This document shows positions 17,607 to 24,919 of a stretch of 48,434 nt of DNA, piece by piece. The stretch lies in the IMG/VR virus record IMGVR_UViG_3300032259_000006, positions 1 to 48,434 of that record; one strand, given 5' to 3'. The position numbers and the translations under genes were made by a program. The DNA comes from a virus (Duplodnaviria; Caudoviricetes). Every line of letters begins with the position of its first letter. Position 1 is the first letter of the stretch. Below the pieces are notes generated by a model. It was not told the origin of the DNA. It searched no databases and was given only the letters and a program-made list of their open reading frames with translations.

Positions 17607-18087
17607 GCCGTTCCAGATGCTCAGCAAGCCCCTAATGGCCGAGTATCGACGGCTGCCGCGCATATTCACGGCCGTTCGTGAGCTGGAGGCGCAGGGCAAA
17701 ACCGCAGGCGACGTAGAGATCCCAGAGCACTACGTTCTGGGGGCGGGGCACGAGCGGTTTTTCTACCCTAAGATCGACTGGCTGCGCCGTCGTTACGCCG
17801 AAATCCGAGATGAGCTGATCAGTCGCGACTACATCCTCGATCCGACGCTATCGGCCAAGATCCTGAGCGACACGGAGAGCATAGGCGAAGGCTGGCGCAA
17901 GCCGTACAAGCCGACGCCCGACGAGATTTGCTTGAGCATGGCCCATCTGTGCGTCCGGTCTGGGCTGGACAGCGTAGCCGATGAGCTGGCGCGCGGGCTT
18001 GCGCCCGCCAAGGGCTTAGGGGCGGCGCGCAGCGTCCGCGTGGAATGGGAGCGTGGCCTTGTCGCGCTCGCGGGAGAAGACCAATGA
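17584..18087 (+). CDS. denV: T4 endonuclease V (pyrimidine-dimer glycosylase) homologue with altered active site
   Basis: MTHINL...LMAEYRRLPRIF...LGAGHERFFY compares with T4 MTRINL...LMAEYRELPRVF...LGAGHVTFFY. AAGGAG RBS. Confidence 0.85.
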   Translation: MTHINLVEPFQMLSKPLMAEYRRLPRIFTAVRELEAQGKTAGDVEIPEHYVLGAGHERFFYPKIDWLRRRYAEIRDELISRDYILDPTLSAKILSDTESIGEGWRKPYKPTPDEICLSMAHLCVRSGLDSVADELARGLAPAKGLGAARSVRVEWERGLVALAGEDQ

Positions 18088-18347
18088 GCGAAGCCATGGA
18101 AATGCCCAGATACATACGCCGCGGCCCCAAGATCAGGGCGCTAAGGATCGACAAAGTTGAGCCACGTGATGGGGGCGGCGCGATCATCACCCCCACAGGA
18201 AATGACCATGAACCATTCTATGTTTCCAGCGTTTTTATGGCGCTGAACACGCCGTCCTCTGGGGGCTACTACGTGGTCGAGGGGGATGCCCTTGAATATT
18301 ATTTGCCAGCCAAGTATTTCAACCGAAACTACACGCGGGTCGAATGA
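18084..18347 (+). CDS. Conserved-type small phage protein
   Basis: MPRY....K..AL.I...GGYYVV......Y.PA..F...Y pattern. Confidence 0.7.
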   Translation: MSEAMEMPRYIRRGPKIRALRIDKVEPRDGGGAIITPTGNDHEPFYVSSVFMALNTPSSGGYYVVEGDALEYYLPAKYFNRNYTRVE

Positions 18348-18982
18348 TGAAAGCCATGAACCATGTCGAGAGTGCAGAGTTTATTGATGACGTGCTGCAC
18401 GGCGGCGATGAGGCGGCGATGAGGCTGCTGGCAGAAGCCGAGTACGCAGACAAGTTCCTTCACGCTGTGGATTTTGTCGATGAGCTGGTGCTGTCGCCGC
18501 CGGGTGTGTTCGGGAGCGTTGACGATAGTGAGCGTTACGTGGACGCCGCGCGACGTGTCGCTGCGTACCTGCGGAGGTATAAGCGGGAGTTGGACAAGCA
18601 GAAGTTGGCCAGACACACGCCTCTGCCGAGTGTGGAGCCATTGCGCTATGCGGTGGCCGATGCGAGCCGGTATTGGTTCGCCATCCGAGACGACATGCTG
18701 CCGCCACGCCCGGAGGAAAAGACGGCAAAGCCGGAACAACTGGAAGCGGCGCTGCCTGACGTGGATCAGATGGCGGGACAGCCTGAGCGCGCCGAGACTG
18801 AACGACAGGCCGAGATCATCCGAGAACTTCAAGCGGCCCTTATGGACGCGCTTGACTGGAACTGGCTTGATGACGATAAGCCGGCAGACCTTTACCGTAA
18901 GTATTACATTCTTGCTTGCCGCCAAGATGGCGTTGAGCACAGCGACCAAGGCGAAGCTACACCTAGCAAGGGGTTGAGATAA
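18344..18982 (+). CDS. Hypothetical protein
   Basis: 212 aa, acidic and helical; coupled at both ends. Confidence 0.65.
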   Translation: MMKAMNHVESAEFIDDVLHGGDEAAMRLLAEAEYADKFLHAVDFVDELVLSPPGVFGSVDDSERYVDAARRVAAYLRRYKRELDKQKLARHTPLPSVEPLRYAVADASRYWFAIRDDMLPPRPEEKTAKPEQLEAALPDVDQMAGQPERAETERQAEIIRELQAALMDALDWNWLDDDKPADLYRKYYILACRQDGVEHSDQGEATPSKGLR

Positions 18983-19263
18983 TGATTAAGTATCAAGTGT
19001 GGTGCGGAGAGATTAAAGCCATTGTGATTGCGCGAGAAACAGACGACTCTGTTTTTATTCCTCGGCCTAACGGAAAGGAAAAGAGGAAAGCCAAGCGCAC
19101 GGACGGTGGCGGATGGTTCGACACCTTCGAGGAAGCTAAAGCTTTCTTAGTTCACCGAGCACTGCGAGAACTCACAGCAGCCAGGGTTCGCCTTGATCGC
19201 GCCAAAAGACAGCTAAAGAAAATGCGCGAACTGAGCGAAACCCAGCCAGTCACGAGGTATTAA
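18982..19263 (+). CDS. Hypothetical protein
   Basis: RETD.SV...FDTFEEAK..L pattern; TAATG overlap. Confidence 0.7.
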   Translation: MIKYQVWCGEIKAIVIARETDDSVFIPRPNGKEKRKAKRTDGGGWFDTFEEAKAFLVHRALRELTAARVRLDRAKRQLKKMRELSETQPVTRY

Positions 19264-19265
19264 CA

Positions 19266-19556
19266 ATGAATGAGATTCAAGCGGCCGATAACAGGGGGAG
19301 TAAAGGCGCGGGGGAGATGCCCGTGTCTGGATTTGAACATGAAATCCCTTATTTGGTAATAAAGCTAAAAGACGCTGACGGACATCTCACAACCGCCGAA
19401 AAGGAGTTGTTACAGGCGCTTGCCACCAAGATGGCGCGGGGACGCACCGACGCCATCTTGGTGGCACTCAGGTGTGCGGTGGCCTAGTCTGATTGGCCCG
19501 GATACATTCCGACATGGCGCGCGATTGTAAAGCGAGTCAAGGAGAATAAGCAATGA
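19266..19556 (+). pseudogene. Phage protein interrupted by an in-frame TAG
   Basis: Reads ...YLVIKLKD...LRCAVA*SDWPGYIPTWRAIVKRVKENKQ*. The frame continues 22 codons past the TAG (19485-19487) to a TGA that overlaps the next ATG. Confidence 0.6.
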
Positions 19557-20482
19557 AAACCATTTCACAGCTCATCCGAGAAACCGGATTGCCCGGCGCG
19601 GATAATCTGGCCGACTGGCTAAAGAGTGAGCACCCCGACTTGGACGAAGAGCCCGGAGTCCCGTCGTATGTGATAAGCCGCACGTTCGCGTGGTGCTTAA
19701 CACCCTTCGACGCCAAGGCATGGATAGGGGTTCATCGTGCGTTGCTTGACGCCGAGACCGCTACCACGTGCAAGCCGATGAGCAACATCCAAGACGACTG
19801 GCCCGAGATGCCAGAATGGGCCGACGTAATGACGCAGGACCGCGACGGGGAAGTCAGTGGCTGGGGCGGCCTGCAAGACGGCATGCTGCCAACCATCGGC
19901 GAGGCCGGGTTCTGGACCTATCTGGGCTCCAGTACCAAGCTCAGGGCCGAAGTGCTTCGCAAGGCATCTGGCATCTGCTCCGTTAATAGCGCTTGGCGCC
20001 CCCGTATCATCACCCGCGCGGAATGGGAGGGCGGAGCTTCGCATACTGACAGTCAACCAGCCGCGAGTCCAAAGCCTCGCCGGAATCCCAAGCGCAAGAC
20101 GCGGAAACAGTTGAAAGCCGCCCTCAAGCGAGCGCGGAGAACCATTCGCACCGAATGCGCTCGCGCGAATGACGCCGAGAGTTACAGGATTACGCTTGAT
20201 GGGTACAGGGATGCCCTGCTCGCCGCGCAGCGCGAACTAGGGGTGGCCAGCCGCAAGGTTAAGGCCAGCGCCCGCCGTGGCTTCTTTCACTCGGAGCGCG
20301 TCGCTAGGCTGCGCGCCGAGGCTATGGGGCTGAGCATGCGCGCTTGCAAACGCGAGGGGATCTTTGAACTCACGTTGCCTAACGGCGAAACCTACGTCTG
20401 CCCTGCGTGCGAGGTGGATGTGTACCTTGACGGATTTTACGAGGCGTTGGAGGCGGCCGCCGTCTCGGGAGGGCAATCATGA
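19553..20482 (+). CDS. Mosaic protein: paralogue family copy 4 fused to further domains
   Basis: N-terminus MKTISQLIRETGLPGADNLADWL...FAWCLTPF, then a DW..PEWA..TQDRDG domain and a basic coiled coil. Confidence 0.8.
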   Translation: MKTISQLIRETGLPGADNLADWLKSEHPDLDEEPGVPSYVISRTFAWCLTPFDAKAWIGVHRALLDAETATTCKPMSNIQDDWPEMPEWADVMTQDRDGEVSGWGGLQDGMLPTIGEAGFWTYLGSSTKLRAEVLRKASGICSVNSAWRPRIITRAEWEGGASHTDSQPAASPKPRRNPKRKTRKQLKAALKRARRTIRTECARANDAESYRITLDGYRDALLAAQRELGVASRKVKASARRGFFHSERVARLRAEAMGLSMRACKREGIFELTLPNGETYVCPACEVDVYLDGFYEALEAAAVSGGQS

Positions 20483-20772
20483 GCGGCACTTACGAACATT
20501 GGATAAAAACAAACTATCCGACAAAGGAAAGCTGCATTAATAAATGCAATGAGGCGGTTAGAGCGATGATAGATTGCTTTAATGAGTTGACAGTGCAAGT
20601 CGGGTATGCAAATGGTGTTTATCATTGCTGGTGTAAAGATGCTGACGGAAAGATTGTTGACCCTACTGGAAAGCAATTTGATGGAGGAATAAATTACACA
20701 CTGATAGCGGACAGGTTTTTAAAGAAACATGAAATCGAACTATCGACAGGCGCGCTTTTCTTAGACACATAA
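20479..20772 (+). CDS. Low-GC hypothetical protein (transglutaminase/papain-like C...H.W...D pattern)
   Basis: KCNEAV...YHCWC...IVDPTGKQF. Markedly more AT-rich than its flanks. Confidence 0.65.
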   Translation: MSGTYEHWIKTNYPTKESCINKCNEAVRAMIDCFNELTVQVGYANGVYHCWCKDADGKIVDPTGKQFDGGINYTLIADRFLKKHEIELSTGALFLDT

Positions 20773-20826
20773 GAAAGCACAGGTCGCGAATGGCTTTCGG
20801 GCGTCCGATTGATTAACTTGTTAGCT
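20767..20826 (-). mobile_element. Partial attC-like site A
   Basis: Right arm CCGATTGATTAACTT-GTTAGCT resembles the right arm of site C; the left arm is degenerate. Confidence 0.5.
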
Positions 20827-20845
20827 GCTTAATGTGAGGACAAAA

Positions 20846-21124
20846 ATGAGCAAAAAATTTGAGGAATGCTTTTGTGAACCCTGCCAGTTCTACCCCGACG
20901 CTTTTCATGTTAGCAGGCGCAAATATGACTCAGAACAGGCGGCAAAACTGATAGGCCGCGAGTGCGCCGAAGACGTGAAGGCTGGGGACTTGAAGCCTAA
21001 ATGGGTTCGATTCCAGTTTGCCGACGGATCATTGCGTGAAGAGTTTGGCTTGGATCACTGCTGGGCGGTTGTGCGGGAGGGAACGAAGAACGCTCAGCCG
21101 ACATGGGAATATGAGTGCAGCTAA
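20846..21124 (+). CDS. Hypothetical cassette-borne protein
   Basis: GAGGA RBS. Bracketed by GTTAGCT (20820) and AGCTAAT (21119). Confidence 0.7.
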   Translation: MSKKFEECFCEPCQFYPDAFHVSRRKYDSEQAAKLIGRECAEDVKAGDLKPKWVRFQFADGSLREEFGLDHCWAVVREGTKNAQPTWEYECS

Positions 21125-21339
21125 TGAAGATTAAAGAGATCACATCACAGAACCGCCGCGACTTCCAAGCGGTATATGAGTGCGAACACTGCGGACATGA
21201 AAAGAGCGGCTGTGGGTACGACGACGTTAATTTTCACAGCAACGTCATCCCGGCGATGGAGTGCGAAGAATGCGGGAGAACTGCGGCGGATACTTACCGC
21301 CCCCTTGCGACGAAATACCCTGAATGGATGGCTGTATAA
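21124..21339 (+). CDS. Small Zn-binding protein
   Basis: RRDF.A.YECEHCG...GYDD.NFH..VIP.M.C..CG. Confidence 0.8.
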   Translation: MKIKEITSQNRRDFQAVYECEHCGHEKSGCGYDDVNFHSNVIPAMECEECGRTAADTYRPLATKYPEWMAV

Positions 21340-21436
21340 TGACTATGCTCAGGAGCGCAGTAGGGCGCACCGTGAAGCCTGAATTCACCGCCAAACCGCG
21401 CCGCCCTACTGCGTCGCATGGAGATAATTGTTATGC
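21334..21436 (-). mobile_element. attC-like site B (103 bp)
   Basis: Ends are GTATAAT and GTTATGC. Contains a perfect 12-bp inverted repeat CGCAGTAGGGCG/CGCCCTACTGCG and an inner GTGAA/TTCAC. Confidence 0.65.
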
Positions 21437-21636
21437 GCCCTGACTGCCCTTGTTGCGGTGAGTTGCTGGTACACGCAAATCTTGGAAACGGCACCGTAGA
21501 CACGTACTGCGAGGACTGCGGATGGCCCGACGAGTGCCGCGAACCTAACCCCAACTGCGTAATCTGCGGCCGGCCGGGAGTCGGCGTTTGTGGAGAAACA
21601 TGGCGCTGTGAAGACCATTGGCGTGATGGCGCATAA
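21433..21636 (+). CDS. Cys-rich Zn-binding cassette protein
   Basis: CPCC, CEDC, CVIC, CEDH. The ATG lies within GTTATGC and the stop within GCATAAC; alternative start at 21418. Confidence 0.7.
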   Translation: MRPDCPCCGELLVHANLGNGTVDTYCEDCGWPDECREPNPNCVICGRPGVGVCGETWRCEDHWRDGA

Positions 21637-21717
21637 CGGCTTTGATAAGCCGCGCTCCCACTGAGCAAGAAGAGAACTCCGACGCTTACCGGCGCCGGCT
21701 TGATTAAATTGTTATAA
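21631..21717 (-). mobile_element. attC-like site C (87 bp, canonical spacing)
   Basis: Minus strand: TTATAAC, 5 nt, AATCAAGC ... GCTTATC, 6 nt, GTTATGC, which is the R''-L''-L'-R' layout with the extra base in L''. Confidence 0.75.
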
Positions 21718-21730
21718 ACCGGAGTTTAAT

Positions 21731-21940
21731 ATGAAACAACCACCGTTAATTGATGAGTTACTTGATAAGAGCAATATGCTAGGAACCGACCAAGCCGAGA
21801 TAAACGGGCGCTGGTATATTGCAAAACCGCTTCCGTACTACGGCTGGCACAACATAGTGACGCGCGTATACCACGCAGGGCTTGTGCTGATTGGGCGCGC
21901 TTCTGCGTGGCAGTATGCCGAGGACAGGAAAGGTTTATAA
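21731..21940 (+). CDS. Hypothetical cassette-borne protein
   Basis: GGAG RBS; INGRWYIAKP motif. Bracketed by GTTATAA (21711) and TTATAAC (21935). Confidence 0.75.
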   Translation: MKQPPLIDELLDKSNMLGTDQAEINGRWYIAKPLPYYGWHNIVTRVYHAGLVLIGRASAWQYAEDRKGL

Positions 21941-21989
21941 CTACTGGATAGACACCGCTTTCGGTGCCATCAAATTAGGAAGTTGCGAA

Positions 21990-22475
21990 ATGAAGACGCT
22001 TTACGACTGGAGCGAGATTCCGGAGAAGTATTCGGCAGGGACTACTGATGGCTGCGGAGGCACGTTCTTCTGGGAGCACGTGCATGGAAAGCCTATTGAG
22101 CGTTCAGACTTGGTGATTCACGACGGCAAGTGGCAAGTGGCTTCGCATTGCGGTCGCGATATCGAATGCTGTGATATAGAAATGATCACTTCTCGCGTTC
22201 CATGGCGTGAGTCATTCGAGCAACGACCCGTGGAGGTTGGCAACGAGGCCGAGCGCAGCGGATTGACCTTGGTCGGAGGCACCGCCGTGACGGAGCCTGA
22301 CGGCACGCGGCACGGCTTTTGTGATCCACGGGAGGTGCTTGGGTTCATTCGCGGCTACCAAGCCCGCAAGGCGTTCACCGCCCGCGCGGCAAACCTGAGC
22401 GCCGCGCCTGACCATTTCACCCACGGGGCGGGCGACTACGGCCCCTCTTACGATCTGACGGAGGGCGGGCAATGA
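21990..22475 (+). CDS. Hypothetical protein with YDWS.IP domain
   Basis: MKTLYDWSEIPEKY..TTDG.G..FFW...WRESFEQRP. AGGA RBS. Confidence 0.7.
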   Translation: MKTLYDWSEIPEKYSAGTTDGCGGTFFWEHVHGKPIERSDLVIHDGKWQVASHCGRDIECCDIEMITSRVPWRESFEQRPVEVGNEAERSGLTLVGGTAVTEPDGTRHGFCDPREVLGFIRGYQARKAFTARAANLSAAPDHFTHGAGDYGPSYDLTEGGQ

Positions 22476-22708
22476 TAAACCTTGGATCAGCGCAGCAGCT
22501 TGTTGACGAGCTGGTAGTAGAGATTGACAGAGCGATCAGCGATGACACGGCACCCGCGTGGTGCGCTTGGTGGCGCGGGCGCGCATCTGGCGCTGCTGAC
22601 ACCCTCAAAGCCTTTACTGAGGATGGCGAAATTGATTTCAGCCAGCTTGATTTGGCAGTGTCGAGACTGCATGAGGCGGACGACTACGGCGCGGGTGGTG
22701 GCCAATGA
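22472..22708 (+). CDS. Hypothetical acidic protein
   Basis: GGAGG RBS; ATGA overlaps. Confidence 0.65.
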   Translation: MINLGSAQQLVDELVVEIDRAISDDTAPAWCAWWRGRASGAADTLKAFTEDGEIDFSQLDLAVSRLHEADDYGAGGGQ

Positions 22709-22992
22709 ACGCCCTCCGCGCCGCGCTTATGACCGCCCTTATCTGGGTTGGCGTTGCCGCCCTCGGGCTTCTTCTCGGCGCAGGGTTCGACAAGTGGGCG
22801 ACGGTGGACAACGTGCCCGGTATCGTTGTGCAGAAATCGCTGTCATTCACCTACAGCGAGATCACCTACCTGCTGGTGCTGGATGTGGGCGGCGGCCGGC
22901 GCATCGAGTGCCACGCGACGCCGAGGCTGTTTGTGGCGGCGGAAGAGGGTGCGATCATGTCGTGCCCGGCAAGAATGGTGAAGAAGCAATGA
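22705..22992 (+). CDS. Membrane-anchored protein
   Basis: N-terminal TM helix ALMTALIWVGVAALGLLLGAGF. Confidence 0.65.
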   Translation: MNALRAALMTALIWVGVAALGLLLGAGFDKWATVDNVPGIVVQKSLSFTYSEITYLLVLDVGGGRRIECHATPRLFVAAEEGAIMSCPARMVKKQ

Positions 22993-23219
22993 GCAAGATC
23001 ATTATCAAAAACGTGTCCGATGCGTCGGACGAATTGGCGCTAAAGCTTGTCGGCCGCTCGCTGACAATGGACAAAGACGCGATTAAACGCTTTACCGTAA
23101 ACGACGCGGCAGTCTACTTTGTGTACGCAATACGGAACAAAGCATCAACGCGATATGTTGTCGCTGGCTGCGACGAAACCGAGAGAAAAGAGGGCCAACC
23201 ATGCAAATCAAATCAGTAA
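22989..23219 (+). CDS. Hypothetical protein
   Basis: MSKIIIKNVSD...; ATGA overlap. Confidence 0.6.
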   Translation: MSKIIIKNVSDASDELALKLVGRSLTMDKDAIKRFTVNDAAVYFVYAIRNKASTRYVVAGCDETERKEGQPCKSNQ

Positions 23220-23395
23220 AAATTCGCACCGCAGACGGACGAAAGTTCAAGACCGCCCCGGAAACCGGTGCGTCAAATGAGTGTCACGGGTGCTGCTTTT
23301 TAAAGCCGAAGTCCGGCCGGTGCGGTCGACCGTCCCACCTATTTACTCAAGCCTGTTCGGATGTCGGAGCAATCTGGATTGAGGTGACGAAGTGA
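23201..23395 (+). CDS. Small Cys-containing protein
   Basis: C.GC.F...C...C...IW pattern. Confidence 0.6.
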   Translation: MQIKSVKIRTADGRKFKTAPETGASNECHGCCFLKPKSGRCGRPSHLFTQACSDVGAIWIEVTK

Positions 23396-23655
23396 GCAGG
23401 CAGCACCACCGCCTCAAGACTGAAACGGAATTCTTTCAGGCCGTTGAGGCTGGAATAAAAAAGTTTGAGATCAGGCGAGATGATCGCGGCTTCAAGGTAC
23501 ACGACATGGTGTGCCTTGAAGAAGTCGTAAACGGAGTGCCAACAGGCCGCGAAGCCGGCCCCTTTGAGATCAGCTATGTGCTGACAGGCGACGAGGCCGG
23601 CCGGTATGGCCTCGGCAAAGGTCACTGCATCTTTAGCTGGTTCGGTTTGAGGTGA
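23392..23655 (+). CDS. DUF3850 / ASCH-like domain protein
   Basis: HRLKTETEFFQAVEAGIKKFEIRRDDRGFKVHD.VCLEE. Confidence 0.85.
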   Translation: MSRQHHRLKTETEFFQAVEAGIKKFEIRRDDRGFKVHDMVCLEEVVNGVPTGREAGPFEISYVLTGDEAGRYGLGKGHCIFSWFGLR

Positions 23656-23714
23656 CGGGATGACCAAGGCGAGCCCCGCAACGCGCACTCATAAACCAAT
23701 ACTGGAGATACGAA

Positions 23715-23999
23715 ATGCCATGCAACTGCGACCATCTTGAGCCAAGCAAGCGTGAACGAGAAAGCCGGCTGCTAATGTCGCTTCTAGCCGAAGTCGGGAT
23801 TGGGCGAGGCGATATCCCCTACTACGGACAGCTAGCCGCGGTCGACAAGCACACAGCCATGCTTTGCAAATTCTGCAAGGAGAACGACGTGACGAAGTAC
23901 AGCCCCGTTCTTCAAGCGTGGTGGGTATGCCACCAAGCGGCAGATAAGGAGAGGGGCCGGCGGGAGAGTCCGGGCGGTGGCGAGGGGGGCAAGCCATGA
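23715..23999 (+). CDS. Conserved-type phage protein (MPC...LC..C...WW..HQ.AD)
   Basis: GGAG RBS; motif as in the call. Confidence 0.75.
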   Translation: MPCNCDHLEPSKRERESRLLMSLLAEVGIGRGDIPYYGQLAAVDKHTAMLCKFCKENDVTKYSPVLQAWWVCHQAADKERGRRESPGGGEGGKP

Positions 24000-24265
24000 G
24001 AGTCATACGCAGCGCCACAGTGCCGAGAGGGAGCGTGGTCGCGCATGCTGTTTCAAGGTGCAAGTGTGGGGCGGACGCGGAGCTGGTGAAGCTGCGCCGT
24101 GAGAAGCGCGGGTCCATGCTGATCCGCAGGACGCTCAGGCCGGACAGCCATTTCAAAATAACGTACCGCGTAGAGTGCCCGTCATGCGGCGCGCACAGCG
24201 GCGCGGAGATGAAAACGAAAGCGGGCGCGGCCCGCGCGTGGGAAAGGAAAGGGGGCAACCAATGA
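23996..24265 (+). CDS. Lar-like Zn-finger protein
   Basis: CKCG...Y.VECPSCGA.....A...AW resembles the Lar restriction-alleviation family. Confidence 0.55.
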   Translation: MRVIRSATVPRGSVVAHAVSRCKCGADAELVKLRREKRGSMLIRRTLRPDSHFKITYRVECPSCGAHSGAEMKTKAGAARAWERKGGNQ

Positions 24266-24474
24266 CCGCCAGAAAACAGAAGCCACGTGTTGGCACGATG
24301 GAGCGCGACCTGATCGATTCCGGCTGCATGGATGACTGGGACGAGGCCAGCAGGCTGTCGATACTGGTGTCCTCCGGCGCCGGCAACCGGGCAACAAGGC
24401 TCAAGCATCGCCGGCTGGTGAAGCGGGTTTCAGCCAAGTTAGCAAGGGCGCGAGCAAGGCGCGGAGAGCGTTGA
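24262..24474 (+). CDS. Small basic protein
   Basis: MTARKQKP...; ATGA overlap. Confidence 0.55.
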   Translation: MTARKQKPRVGTMERDLIDSGCMDDWDEASRLSILVSSGAGNRATRLKHRRLVKRVSAKLARARARRGER

Positions 24475-24499
24475 CAGCGACGCTCCGCGAGCGTAGTAT
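24471..24499 (+). promoter_or_regulatory. Sigma70-type promoter
   Basis: TTGACA, 17-bp spacer, TAGTAT, followed by ACACCACCACCA (24509-24520). Confidence 0.8.
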
Positions 24500-24534
24500 C
24501 CAGCGCAGACACCACCACCACACGGAGCCCCGCA

Positions 24535-24885
24535 ATGACAACAAAGGCGAGAATTAAGCCGGCCGCAGCGGCCCGGCTGCGTGGCGCCTGCGCCCCGTAT
24601 GCAAACCAGTTCTACCGCTGGCCGCCGTTGAACGCGCTCGGCCGCGCTACCGGGCTGAGCTATCACGTTATCGCCAAGGTGCTGAACGGAGATAGCCCGC
24701 ACAGCGCGGCGGTTTGCGGCGGAATTTCCCCCGTCGGCCGGCGGGTTCATCCCGCTGTTGCCGGCCCTGCATGGGGGTATCTTGTCTATGGCGAGGTGCC
24801 TCATTGGATTCGACGCGGAGCATCCGCACCCACCATACCGCGCAGCACGCCAGAGGATGACCTGTGGCCCGACGTTGCGTGTTAA
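24535..24885 (+). CDS. HTH transcriptional regulator-like protein
   Basis: LNALGRATGLSYHVIAKVLNG. GGAG RBS; first gene after the promoter. Confidence 0.6.
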   Translation: MTTKARIKPAAAARLRGACAPYANQFYRWPPLNALGRATGLSYHVIAKVLNGDSPHSAAVCGGISPVGRRVHPAVAGPAWGYLVYGEVPHWIRRGASAPTIPRSTPEDDLWPDVAC

Positions 24886-24919
24886 GCGCTCGGCAATGAC
24901 GAGCAACAGGAGCAAGTAA

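Noticed and set aside
19485-19487. Genome-wide TAG recoding
   Set aside because: Other genes end plausibly at TAG (14222, 26262, 44785), long genes are uninterrupted, and no suppressor tRNA was seen.
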